From Pelagomonas calceolata (Eukaryota), in the NCBI GenBank assembly GCA_918797485.1, contig CAKKNE010000002.1, positions 3,782,001 through 3,846,000 on the forward strand: DNA of 64,000 nt, given 5' to 3'. The translations under genes were made by a program, and so were the position numbers. Every line of letters starts with the position of its first letter. The first letter of the stretch is position 1. The notes beneath the pieces were generated by a model. That model had not been told where the DNA came from, ran no database searches, and saw only the letters and a list, made by a program, of their open reading frames with translations. Below are positions 50,555 to 60,407 of this stretch, piece by piece.

Positions 50555-52162
50555 TCAGCAGAGAGAATCCTCGCGCGGACGCCCGCCCATGTCGGGCGAC
50601 ATGTGCTCCTGCGAGCAGCACGTCCGCGCGCGGCAGTGCGAGGCCTGGACCTGGATCGTCGCGTGGTCGATGTCGAAGTCGTCGGCGCAGACGTCCTGGC
50701 AGCGCATGAGCACCTCGTCGTGCGTCGCCCCCGGCGCGAGGACGACGTGGCACGACATCGCCGGCCTGTCGGCCGTGAGCTCCCAGACGTGGATGTCGTG
50801 CACGTCGCCCACGCCCTCGACGTCCTCCAAGCCCTTCTTCAGGCCCCCGATGTCCACGTTCGCCGGCGCGCCCTCCAACAAAATATTGACCGCCTTGCCC
50901 ATGAAGCCCATCGTCGTCCTGACCACGATCAGCGCAAAAAATAAAGTAACGAGCGGGTCGGCGACCTGCCACGTCGGCCGCCACCAGATGACGGCGCCGG
51001 CCAGGATGACGCCCAGGTTCTGCAATAAGTCGCCCAAGACGTGGAGGTAGGCCGCGTCGATGTTCATCTGGCGCTTCTTGGTTTTTGGAGGTGGCGTCTG
51101 CGTCGGTATGGCACTGTAGCCTTTCTTTGATGAGTGTAAGGGTGTCCGGTGGTCGCTGTGGCCGTGCTCTATATCATGCTTGGACTCCTCGTGCGCGCGC
51201 GCGCTGCCGTGGTCGTGCGCCGCGTCGTGGCCGTGGCTCGAGCCGTGGCCGTGGGACTCCTCCTTGTGGCCATGATCGGAGTGGCCATGGTCCTCGTCGC
51301 AGCAGTCGTGGTCGTGGCCCTTGTGACCGTGAGACTCATGAGAGTGCTCTGAGTGGCCGTGGTCCTCGTCGCAGCAGTCGTGGTCGTGGCCCTTGTGGCC
51401 GTGCTCCGAGTGATCGTGCTCCTTGTGCCCGTGCGCCTCGTGGCCGTGATCCTCGTCGCAGCAATCGCCGTGGTCGTGCCCGGAACCGTGGCCGTGCGCG
51501 TCCGCGCCGTGGCCGTGCGCCTCGTGGTCGTGGCCGGAACCGTGGCCGTGGGCCGCGTCGTGGCCGTGGGCCCCGGCGCCGCGGTAGGAGGCGAGCGCGT
51601 CGCCGTGTAACGGGTTGTGGCCATGGTCGCCGTCGCAGCACGCATGGTCGTCCTTGTGCCCGTGGCCGTGCCCATGACCGTGGCCGTGGCCGTGGTCGTG
51701 GCCCCCGAAGCCGTGCGAGTGCGCCCCCAAGATCCGCTCCATCGCGACGTTGGTTAACACCCCGAAGCACCCCAGGATGACCATGAGCTTGCCGTCGACG
51801 GGTTTGGCGTTGCCTTGGACGTAGGCGTGGATGCGGCAGAAGGCTTCGTAGACCAAGCCACCGGTTACGGCCCAGAGGGCGAGCGTCGACGCGAGCGCGC
51901 CCACGACCTCGACCCGCGCCAAGCCATACGTGTGGCGCATCGTCGGGCCCCGCTTGGCCACTCGCAAGGCCGCTAGACTCACCGCGAACGACGCCGCGTC
52001 GCTCAGCATGTGCGCGGCGTCGCCGAGCATGGCCAACGAGCCGGCCACTATGGCAAATGCTCCTTCAAAAACCATGAAGGTCAGCGTGAGCACGACGCCC
52101 GCCGTGAGCTTCTCCTCGTCGGTCAGGGGCCGGCCGACGAGGCGCTCGACGAGCCGGCTCAT
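50555..52162 (-). CDS. Cation diffusion facilitator (Zn-CDF, MTP1/ZnT2-like) with very long His-rich loop
   Basis: SLAMLGDAAHMLSD, TYGLARVEVVGAL, AAYLHVLGDLLQ, ADP, ILLEGAP, VHDIHVWEL, HATIQ. Confidence 0.92.
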   Translation of the reverse strand: MSRLVERLVGRPLTDEEKLTAGVVLTLTFMVFEGAFAIVAGSLAMLGDAAHMLSDAASFAVSLAALRVAKRGPTMRHTYGLARVEVVGALASTLALWAVTGGLVYEAFCRIHAYVQGNAKPVDGKLMVILGCFGVLTNVAMERILGAHSHGFGGHDHGHGHGHGHGHGHKDDHACCDGDHGHNPLHGDALASYRGAGAHGHDAAHGHGSGHDHEAHGHGADAHGHGSGHDHGDCCDEDHGHEAHGHKEHDHSEHGHKGHDHDCCDEDHGHSEHSHESHGHKGHDHDCCDEDHGHSDHGHKEESHGHGSSHGHDAAHDHGSARAHEESKHDIEHGHSDHRTPLHSSKKGYSAIPTQTPPPKTKKRQMNIDAAYLHVLGDLLQNLGVILAGAVIWWRPTWQVADPLVTLFFALIVVRTTMGFMGKAVNILLEGAPANVDIGGLKKGLEDVEGVGDVHDIHVWELTADRPAMSCHVVLAPGATHDEVLMRCQDVCADDFDIDHATIQVQASHCRARTCCSQEHMSPDMGGRPREDSLC

Positions 52163-52741
52163 CCTTGTGCTGCTCTCACTTTCTTACTTGCTTACTCTCT
52201 CTTGGCGGAGTTTCACACGCGCGTGTGCTGGTACCTCTTATCGCTGTCGTGAGCGTGGCTCACACTTGCTGCCTCTCTCACTCACTTTTACTTGGTGTTT
52301 GAATGTATGCGTTTCGCGCTCGTTTTCTGGTACCGCGCTTGCGCTGGTCGATCGCTGTCGTGAAACGCGCGTCGCGCGCGACAGCGGTTCAGTGCTCGTC
52401 TGTAAATGCCCTGCATGCACACGAGGCAGAGGCCTGAATTGTGGCCTCGCTAGGACAGCGCAGGAATCGATTAGCCCGGGCGAATGAAGCCCTCGCTTAG
52501 GACAGGGTGGCATGAGCACTTCATTTAATCGGCTACTGGATTTATAGACGCTAGCTACACCCCCCCCAGGCGAGCCTCTCTAGACGCGCTACTTATCTCG
52601 CCCCGGCGATTTTGGCTTTTACGCACCACGCTGCACCTCGCCAGCCGAGCAGGCCACTCAGCGGCACTCCTTTGCCAGCACTCAGCGCGCTGTCAAAGTT
52701 TGAAGCGCGAGGAAGCAGCGCAACGCGAGCATCGCTGAGCC

Positions 52742-54085
52742 ATGGCTGAGACCGCCGCACCGCGCCGCGTCGACTATGACCTGACGCACAAGGCGGCTCC
52801 TTATTTAGACGCTCACCTGGTCTTTCCGTTACTCGAGTTCCTCGAGGAGCACACGACGTACCAGGCGGGCGACGTGCGCAAAGCGCGATTAGCACTCGTA
52901 GCCAAGACGAACATGGTCGACTACGCGATCGAGATTCGGGAGGAACTAGACAACAACAACGCTAGGTTAGAAGGAATACCAACGGTCGCGGAGATGGAAG
53001 GTAGGAGAGATAGCGTCTTCGCGACGTTAGATCGCCTCGAGAAGCAAACGGAGAACCTGAGGAATTTACTAGAGGACGCGGATCAAGTAGACGAGCTCAA
53101 GGCCGAAGGCAAGTTCACGAAGGCGCACCTCGCGGAGGCCCACGGTGTCACTGCCCAGGACTGGGTCGATTACGCCGAGTTCGCAAAATTTTTATACGAG
53201 TGCGGCGACTACGAGGGCGCGAGAGATATGCTCGACCACTTCCTGGCCATCAACTTTCCCGATGGTGTTTCTGATACGTCCGCCGATGCCGACGGGCGAG
53301 GCTTCCGGGCCTTGTGGGGCAAGTTCGCCTCCGAGATTTTGCTCAAGAACTGGGACGCGGCCATGGCCGATTTACTTACTTTGAGGAGCGCCATTGATGA
53401 GAGGGGCTTCCCGCCCTTGCAAGCGCTGCAGCAGCGGTCGTGGCTGTGCCATTGGTCGCTCTTCGTCTTCTTTAACCACGCGAAGGGCCACGATGGCATC
53501 ATCGACCTGTTCTTGGCGGACAAGTACCTGCAGGCCATCCAGACGAACTGCCCTTGGCTTCTTAGATATTTGACCTGTGCCGTCGTGATCAACAAGCGGA
53601 GGCGGAGTACGCTGAAGGATCTCGTACGAGTCGTGTCTCAGGAGACGGATCTGTCCGGGGACCCGACGACGTCGTTCCTAGATAGTTTGTATATCAAGTT
53701 CGACTTCGACGAGGCCCAGAACACGCTCGCGAACTGCGAGACGGCTCTGCGGGCGGACTACTTCCTCTGCAACTGTGCAGACGCGTTTATGGCCGACGCG
53801 CGCCTGTTCGTCTTCGAGACGTACTGCCGCATCCACACGTGTATTGATATTGAGATGCTCGCCGGCAAGCTCGTCATGGACAAGGACAAGGCGGAACGCT
53901 GGGTCGTCGATTTGATCCGGGGGAGTTTGTTAGATGCGAAGGTCGACAGCGGCGCGAACACGGTGGTCATGGGCGCGAAGCAGCCCTCGGTCTACGACCA
54001 GGTCGTCGACAAGACGCGGGACCTGTCGCAGCGGACGGCGGCGCTGCTGGGCGCGCTCGAGGCGAAGGTGTGCGCGGAGGCCTAG
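52742..54085 (+). CDS. EIF3E: Eukaryotic translation initiation factor 3 subunit E
   Basis: YDLT...LDAHLVFPLLEFL, TNMVDYA, LWGKFASEIL, LQQRSWLCHWSLFVFFNH, FETYCRIH (PCI). Confidence 0.95.
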   Translation: MAETAAPRRVDYDLTHKAAPYLDAHLVFPLLEFLEEHTTYQAGDVRKARLALVAKTNMVDYAIEIREELDNNNARLEGIPTVAEMEGRRDSVFATLDRLEKQTENLRNLLEDADQVDELKAEGKFTKAHLAEAHGVTAQDWVDYAEFAKFLYECGDYEGARDMLDHFLAINFPDGVSDTSADADGRGFRALWGKFASEILLKNWDAAMADLLTLRSAIDERGFPPLQALQQRSWLCHWSLFVFFNHAKGHDGIIDLFLADKYLQAIQTNCPWLLRYLTCAVVINKRRRSTLKDLVRVVSQETDLSGDPTTSFLDSLYIKFDFDEAQNTLANCETALRADYFLCNCADAFMADARLFVFETYCRIHTCIDIEMLAGKLVMDKDKAERWVVDLIRGSLLDAKVDSGANTVVMGAKQPSVYDQVVDKTRDLSQRTAALLGALEAKVCAEA

Positions 54086-54288
54086 GGTAACGGAGCATGA
54101 CTATATCTTGTGGCGTCGACGGCGTCGCGGGGGACTTGTCGTCCTCCCGCACTGGCACAGGCCCGGGTCGGGTAACAGTAGCCAATGCTCTGCTTTTGGC
54201 GTTGCGCCGACGGAAGCCACTGGTGCCCGGCATCTTGCCCGGCGGCCGCGAGATAGGTCGAGTACTAGTAACGCAACAGATATGCTTA

Positions 54289-55854
54289 TCACAAGAGCTC
54301 CCGCACGTACTGGTGGGGCACGTAGCCCTCGCCGCCCCCGTCGACCTCCCTCGCGAAGACCCACTCGTCCCATTTCTTCAGGCACGCGGCCCGCACGAGG
54401 ACCACGTCCCCCGCGGCGACTGAGAGCTCCGATTCGTGCTCCGCGGCGAAGTCGTGGACGACGCGGCAGCGCCGGAACCCGCGGCGCTTCTCCGTCGCGG
54501 AGCTCGTCGGCAAGGTGCGGACCGGTGCCGGTGGCGTCGCGACCGGTTTTGGTTCCGGCGGGGCTGAAGGAGGCGTCGCGACGGGCTCCGGAGGAGGTGC
54601 CGGCGCCGCGACCGGCGCCGGATCCGGGGGGACCTCCCGAGCGGCCCGCCGCTGCATGCGACCGGTAGGCTTATGGGTCCCGGAGCTCGTCGCCGGTTGT
54701 TTTTCGTGGTGTTGGCGTTTCGCAGGAGCCACCGGAGTCGCGGGCGGCGCGTGCGCGACGGCGACCTCGCGCCGCAAGGTCGGCGGGGCCGGCGCGGGCT
54801 GCTGCTGCGTCTCTCGGGCAGCGATGGCCTCGCGGATCTTCGACAGCTTCGCGTCGAAGGAGGCGTCCTTCGAGCGGGGCGGCGGCGGCGGAGGCTTCGG
54901 CTTCTTCCAAGCCGCGTGGTGGTGCTTCTTCGCCGCCGCCGCGACGGCGACGGGCGCCGCGGCCATGACCGCGACCTCGCGCCGGACGGGCGACTCAAAC
55001 GAGACGCGCCGCCTCGCGGGTTCCTCGTCCGACGGCGCGGCCGCCTGGCGCGTCGCCTCCGCGACCGCCGCGTCCGCGAGGGCGCGCCGGCGCAGGGCCG
55101 CGGGCGACGGGCGGGGCGGCGACGCGGGCCCGCCGGCGGCCGCGTTCACGACGCGCAGGAGCCGCTCGCAGGCGACGGTCGCCCGCATCGCCTCGTCGGC
55201 GCTCGAGGCGCAGCCCCGGCCGAAGACGAGGGGCGCGACCATCAGGGCGAGGCCCCGCCACGACGCGCCGTTCAGGCGCTGGCGCCGCACGAGCCGCCCG
55301 AGGTGCAGGGCGAGGCGCTCGAGCACCTGGTGGTGGAGGCTCGCGAGCCCCGCCAGCAGGGCGTCGAGCGCCTGGGCGCCGGCGGCCGCGTCCGTGTCGG
55401 TCGCGGCGGAAATGCATGCGGCCCGCTTGTCGACCGGTATGAGTGGCGCACGCGATCGCAGTAGCGCCGCGACCGCGTCGAGGACGGCGTGCGGGTCGCC
55501 GGCGTCGATGGCCGACGCGATCGACTTCGTCCGCTGGCCGCCGTCGACGCGCGCGCCGGCGCCCAGGGCGAAGACCTTGACCACTGCCTTGCGCGCGACG
55601 TCGCCCTTCTCGAGCCAGAGGCCGCGGCGGCACATGGCGCGCTCGTCGCGCTCGAACGCGTCGAGCGCGCTGCGCAGCGCGCCCACGTCGCCGCGCGTCC
55701 AGGGCGGCGCCGATGGGGCCGACGGCGTGTCGTCCTCGTCCGCGCGGGCGGCGCCGCAGGCCGGGCAAAAACGATTTTTCGACTTGAGCCTCGCGCCGCA
55801 GGTGGCGCACTGATGGCTTCCTTTGGTCGCGCTTCCCCAGCGGAAGAGCGGCAT
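54289..55854 (-). CDS. Zinc-ribbon + RhoGAP-like + SH3 domain protein
   Basis: CATCG...FCPACG; RRGLW...DPHAV...PLIP...LALMVAPLVF; C-terminal VHDFAAEHESELSVAAGD...W...GYVPHQYV. Confidence 0.75.
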   Translation of the reverse strand: MPLFRWGSATKGSHQCATCGARLKSKNRFCPACGAARADEDDTPSAPSAPPWTRGDVGALRSALDAFERDERAMCRRGLWLEKGDVARKAVVKVFALGAGARVDGGQRTKSIASAIDAGDPHAVLDAVAALLRSRAPLIPVDKRAACISAATDTDAAAGAQALDALLAGLASLHHQVLERLALHLGRLVRRQRLNGASWRGLALMVAPLVFGRGCASSADEAMRATVACERLLRVVNAAAGGPASPPRPSPAALRRRALADAAVAEATRQAAAPSDEEPARRRVSFESPVRREVAVMAAAPVAVAAAAKKHHHAAWKKPKPPPPPPRSKDASFDAKLSKIREAIAARETQQQPAPAPPTLRREVAVAHAPPATPVAPAKRQHHEKQPATSSGTHKPTGRMQRRAAREVPPDPAPVAAPAPPPEPVATPPSAPPEPKPVATPPAPVRTLPTSSATEKRRGFRRCRVVHDFAAEHESELSVAAGDVVLVRAACLKKWDEWVFAREVDGGGEGYVPHQYVRELL

Positions 55855-56102
55855 CGCGTTCGTATCGCAGGCTGCCCAGCAGCAAACTCTGGGGCTCGGC
55901 GCGTCGCTCGCGGTCCGGGGCTGCTCCCGCAGCCTTGTGCGCTGCCGCCAAAGAGCTGCGCGAGTCGTGCGTCGCGAGCTCGCGCTTTACGCCGCGCACA
56001 GAGCTTTGCAAGGCGCGTTGCACGAAGCGCTACAGCCAGCAGCAGATGAGGACAAAAATGGGAGCACGCGACGCTGCCCCGGCGGACTAGCGCACCGACA
56101 CG

Positions 56103-57407
56103 ATGCGTGGCGAGGCCTCGGACTTCGCGGCGATGCGCGACGCCTTCCGCAGCGCGGGCCTCTGCAGCGAGGCCACGCCGGCGGCGCTCGTGGAGAGCTG
56201 GTGCGCGCGTCGGGACGACGCGAGCGACGGCGAGGACTCGCTCTACGTGCCGTCGCCGCAGCGCGTCAAAATCCGGCGGCGCCTCGCGGAGGCGTGCGTC
56301 GCGAGCCCGCGCTTCGTGCGGCGCGCGGCCGAGGCCGCCGCGGTCGAGCGCCTCAACCGGCGGCGCGCGGTCCGGGCGCTCGCGGCGGTCGTCGCGCGCG
56401 GGCGCGCGGCGTGGCTGCTCGCGCGGCGGGCCGACGCGTTCCGGGCGGCGCGCGGCTTGGACGCGTGGCGACAAGCCGCGGAGGCGGCCCGGCGCCGCGC
56501 CGCCGCGGACGACCTGCTGGACGCCTACGGTGACGCGCGCCGCACGCAACGGGGCTTGGGGCGGTGGCGGCGCGGCGCGGCGCGACTTCGAAGGCGGCGG
56601 CGCCTGCGGACGCACGGCCGGCGCGCGTTCCACCGGTGGGCCAAGCTGATCCGGTACGCGCGGCGGCTGCGCGCGGCCCGCGTCTTCGGGGTCCTGAAGC
56701 GCGCGGCCCAGCGGCGCCGGCGCCGGGAACTGGTGGTCGCGGACGCGTACCGGCGGGCTCGCTTGCGCCTCGTCCTGGGGGCGTGGGTCCCGGTCGCGGC
56801 GACGTGGAAGGCGCGGCGCCTCGCCTACGTATTGTAGCCGGCGTCCTTCATCTTTTTGGAAGCCTTCGTCGATGGCCGCCGCCGAGAGACACCGCAACAG
56901 CACCGCCGTCGACGCGAGAGACATGACGCGCCCGCAGGAGCGCGAGGCGCGACACACGCGGCGCCTCGTCGCGGCCGTCTTCGCGCGCTGGGTGCGCGTG
57001 CGGCGGTTCCGGCGCGCGGCGCGGGACTTTCTGCGGGCGCGCGGCTGTGTGGAAATCAACCAGTGCGTCGGGTGCACATTTCTCGGCGATGATGCGGCCG
57101 TGCCGGCTCCGTCGGGCGGCGAGGAACCGGCACCCTCACGCTATCGAGCAGGCGCCGCGTCGATGGCGTCGAGGTCGATGCGGCGATTCAGCATGGACGC
57201 CGTAACATTTCGATTTCCACGCAGGCGCGCGGCCTCGAGCGGCGGCGGACGCGCCAGCTCGCGCGACGCTGCCTCCGAGGCTGGCGGGCGCGCGGGCGCC
57301 AGGCGCTTGTACTTGCAACGCCGCAGCAGAAACACAACAGAGAGCGGTCGTCGCGCAGTTTATTTAGCGAGGACGCGATCCGGCGCATCCACGCGCCCTA
57401 CACCTGA
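56103..57407 (+). CDS. Arg/Ala-rich helical protein with periodic Trp (Sfi1-like repeats); introns 56829-56937 and 57037-57224
   Basis: Recurring xxW repeats (LDAW, LGRW, FHRW, LGAW, FARW, LRGW). Removing a GT-AG and a GC-AG intron restores the frame to TGA 57405-57407. Confidence 0.6.
57045..57224 (+). mobile_element. Introner element 3
   Basis: CTGTGTGGAAATC...GATTTCCACGCAG; perfect 8-bp TSD GCGCGCGG (57037-57044 and 57225-57232). Confidence 0.9.
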
Positions 57408-57418
57408 TTTATTAAATA

Positions 57419-58834
57419 TTAAGTATTACATATCTTCGTGTGCCTCGCGTGCGCTTCGTCTTTGGAACCGGGCGCGCCGTAGGCGTACATGAGCTGCGCG
57501 AGGAACTCGCGGTATAAATGATCCATGCGGTCGCGGTGCGTGTTGCCGTCCGCATCTTGAGTCTCCTCCCACTCGACGCGCGCCGCGCTCTTGTGGTGCG
57601 GGAAGTGCGTCAAGAAACTTCTCCCCAAAACCTGGAAGCGCCAGCCCGCATACCTCAAGTGGACGATCTGCTCGATCTTGTTTTTGCCGTAGCCCGTGAA
57701 CCGCTCCTCGTACATGGGTAAGAGCGGCGACTTCCTCAGCACGACGTAGGGCTCGTATCTATTGGATCCAAAACACGACACGGGCTTCAGACTCTTCCCC
57801 CCGTCAAAGCCGTGCAACCAACTCCTATAATCCGTCGTGCCGTGGCCGTCGTGGTTGTACCGATCAAAAATGTGGCAGTCCTTGGCCATGATGCACTTCT
57901 TGAGCGTCTCGAAGGAGTCGGGGATCTGGTCCGCTTCCCGGTGACACAATTTGAGGTCGACGCGGTATTTATCTCGCTGGGCCTTGGCCGTGGAAGAAGC
58001 GCAGTCCGTCTTGACCTCGCGCGCGAAGGCCGCGATCACGATGGCCTGCCGCGGGTCCGCGAAGGTGTGGTTGTGCCGCGCCATGCTCGACAGTCGCTTT
58101 AACCTCGGTAGTAAATTAGCATCTGGCCAGAGATCGATATCAGCGTGTAAGAAATGCGACGTCCTTACTCTCGAAATGGCCATATTCCTCAATTTATTAA
58201 CCGGGTAGGACGAGTGGTCGCTGTAGATGTGCAGCTTGACGGTCGTGATGATGTACTCCACCTGGTTCGGGTAGCACTTGTCCCGCTCCGTCTGGATCTT
58301 CTCCGTGATCGGCGCGTAGACGGAAATGACGATGGGCCCGTGCCACCGCTGGCAAATGTGGTCGAGCATCCACAGCCGCTCCGCCGACGCTTGCGTCACG
58401 AGCGTAAAATCGACCCGACACAAGTCCCTGCTCTCGGGAAACGGCTCCGGCTGCGCTAATTGTGTCGCAATACTCACGAATGAGTCATTTGTAACTACTG
58501 AACCGGTGAACGCCGAGTGGATCGACGCCCGCGCGGGCGCGCGCTCCTGCGTGCGCCAGCAGCCCCGCGGCCCGCGGTATAAGGACCGGATGGCGTCGTC
58601 CGTTTTTGTGGAGTAGGACGGGGCCGGCGTCGGCTGATGCAACAAAGCTTCCTCGCGGAAGAAGTGCGTCTTGGGGTCGTCGTCGACCCACTCCTCCACC
58701 GTGTGCTGCTGCTCCGTCGTGGGCCGGAAATGTTTTAGGACAACATAGGCGTAGAGCGTCAGGGCGCCGAGCACCGGTAGCAAAACGAAGCACTTGGCGC
58801 GCGGCTTGCGGCGGCGCCGTGGTGGTGGAGGCAT
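57419..58834 (-). CDS. GT49-family glycosyltransferase (LARGE/B4GAT1-like)
   Basis: TLVTQ..ERL, W.GPI, YPVNKLRNMA, DID, YEPYVV, YEERFTGYGKNK; N-terminal TM. Confidence 0.88.
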   Translation of the reverse strand: MPPPPRRRRKPRAKCFVLLPVLGALTLYAYVVLKHFRPTTEQQHTVEEWVDDDPKTHFFREEALLHQPTPAPSYSTKTDDAIRSLYRGPRGCWRTQERAPARASIHSAFTGSVVTNDSFVSIATQLAQPEPFPESRDLCRVDFTLVTQASAERLWMLDHICQRWHGPIVISVYAPITEKIQTERDKCYPNQVEYIITTVKLHIYSDHSSYPVNKLRNMAISRVRTSHFLHADIDLWPDANLLPRLKRLSSMARHNHTFADPRQAIVIAAFAREVKTDCASSTAKAQRDKYRVDLKLCHREADQIPDSFETLKKCIMAKDCHIFDRYNHDGHGTTDYRSWLHGFDGGKSLKPVSCFGSNRYEPYVVLRKSPLLPMYEERFTGYGKNKIEQIVHLRYAGWRFQVLGRSFLTHFPHHKSAARVEWEETQDADGNTHRDRMDHLYREFLAQLMYAYGAPGSKDEAHARHTKICNT

Positions 58835-59340
58835 GTCTCAGTTGCTGCGTCGGATGAGGTCGCGCACGCCCGGGCCGAGTAGTGCTCGAATAGGGCTCTG
58901 TGGTGGGCAGCACTTATTCACCTCAGAGGCTGCCGCATGGCATGCGTTGCATTTGTTTGGGTTGTGCACATAGCGGTGCGGCACAGTTCTTGCTTGCAAG
59001 GCCGTACAATCGTGCAATAATCGCCTGCCCCCACCAAAACTTTTACCAACCCTTTTTTTTAATAAGGCAGTTCCTAAAGGGGAGGGGCGGAGAGGACCCG
59101 TGGGGATGGGTGAGTCCGGCCGCGCGGGGGATCCCGTCCGTCCCTCGGCTCCTCCGCCAGCAGTGCCAGGTGTCTGCTGCATGCTCTGCATATCGCCGGT
59201 AACACTCGACCGGCAACGGAACCAGTCAAACTGCGTAGCTGATTCGAGACGTGCACTGAATTAATCTTGCGTCCAGGACATCGTTGGTTTGCAAGGGTCT
59301 ACACAACTAAACACTGCAACCTCTGCCAGCAGCATCAACC

Positions 59341-60366
59341 ATGCGCGCGTTGCGGCTCCTCTTAGCCCTCGCGAGCACACATGCCTGGAAACGTCACACG
59401 AGCGCCGCCGCGATCCATAGACGAAAGCGGCGTTTCGTCCGCGGCGGCGCGTGGGGCTTCGGCAAAAACAAGGACAGCGCGGCCGAGGCGGACAACGCCA
59501 CGACCACAAGTGAAGGCGGCATGTCCCAGTCCCAGATCGACGAGGCCTTGTCCGTGGTGCCCGTCTTTTGTCTGGCGGACCCGGAAGGCCGGCCGGTGCT
59601 CATGACGGCCCCCGAGGACAAGGACGACGCCACCAAAAAACCTTTGCAAGCTTTTTTTACGGATGTTAATGTCGCCCAGGCCCACGCGGCTCGAATTAAA
59701 GAGTTGAGTGGTGATGATAAATTAGACCTGAAACTAGCCGTCGTCGAGCTCGGCCGCGTCCTCAGCGCGGGCGAACCGGAAGACCGGAAGGTGTCGCTCA
59801 TGGCCGATCCTAGGGAGTTGCATGTGGCGCGGCAGTTGGTCCTCAAAGGTGCGGGGTTCCGGGACACGAACTCGACGGGGACGTCCGACAAAGTCGTAGA
59901 CTTCTCGTCGGAAGCGTCGGTGAAGAAGGAGTGCAAGGCGCACTGCCCCGACGGCGTCGACCTGGATCAAGGCGTGCCGCTCTTCACGCTGAAAGATTTG
60001 AATGCCACCGTCCAGGGCGACGACGTCATCCAACCGTGGTTTCTATCGTTCGCGGATTTGGTACGGGCCTACGTGAACTCGACCGGATCTTCCGACGAAG
60101 AGGAGGCGGCGTCGGGCTTGGAGCGGCTGCTCATGGAGGGCGGCGTCGTCGTCGGCACGCTCGATTCCGTATTAGCTGCGGCGCGGGGCGGCCACACGCG
60201 GCGCGCCTTCATGATCCCGCCGGCGTCGTCGTTGGCGGTCATGCGCCAGCAGCAGCAGGCGCCGGCGGCGGCGCCCAAGGCCGCGCCGAGCGCGGACGAC
60301 GCGCTCGCCGCGATGGCGGCCGACGCGGGCGCCAGCGACGGCGGCGGCGGCGGGCTGTTCGACTGA
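59341..60366 (+). CDS. TIC22: Tic22-like plastid protein import component
   Basis: Signal peptide and basic transit-like region; IDEALSVVPVF...GRP, FF, GVPLF, P.FLS..DL motifs. Confidence 0.7.
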   Translation: MRALRLLLALASTHAWKRHTSAAAIHRRKRRFVRGGAWGFGKNKDSAAEADNATTTSEGGMSQSQIDEALSVVPVFCLADPEGRPVLMTAPEDKDDATKKPLQAFFTDVNVAQAHAARIKELSGDDKLDLKLAVVELGRVLSAGEPEDRKVSLMADPRELHVARQLVLKGAGFRDTNSTGTSDKVVDFSSEASVKKECKAHCPDGVDLDQGVPLFTLKDLNATVQGDDVIQPWFLSFADLVRAYVNSTGSSDEEEAASGLERLLMEGGVVVGTLDSVLAAARGGHTRRAFMIPPASSLAVMRQQQQAPAAAPKAAPSADDALAAMAADAGASDGGGGGLFD

Positions 60367-60407
60367 CCCCCTGTTTCTCTCGGAGTAACTTTGTTTCGCC
60401 CGTATTT

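Noticed and set aside
50211..51780. Long ORFs with THPP/VGGW repeats and antisense ORFs over the CDF gene
   Set aside because: Translations of the microsatellite, or shadow frames.
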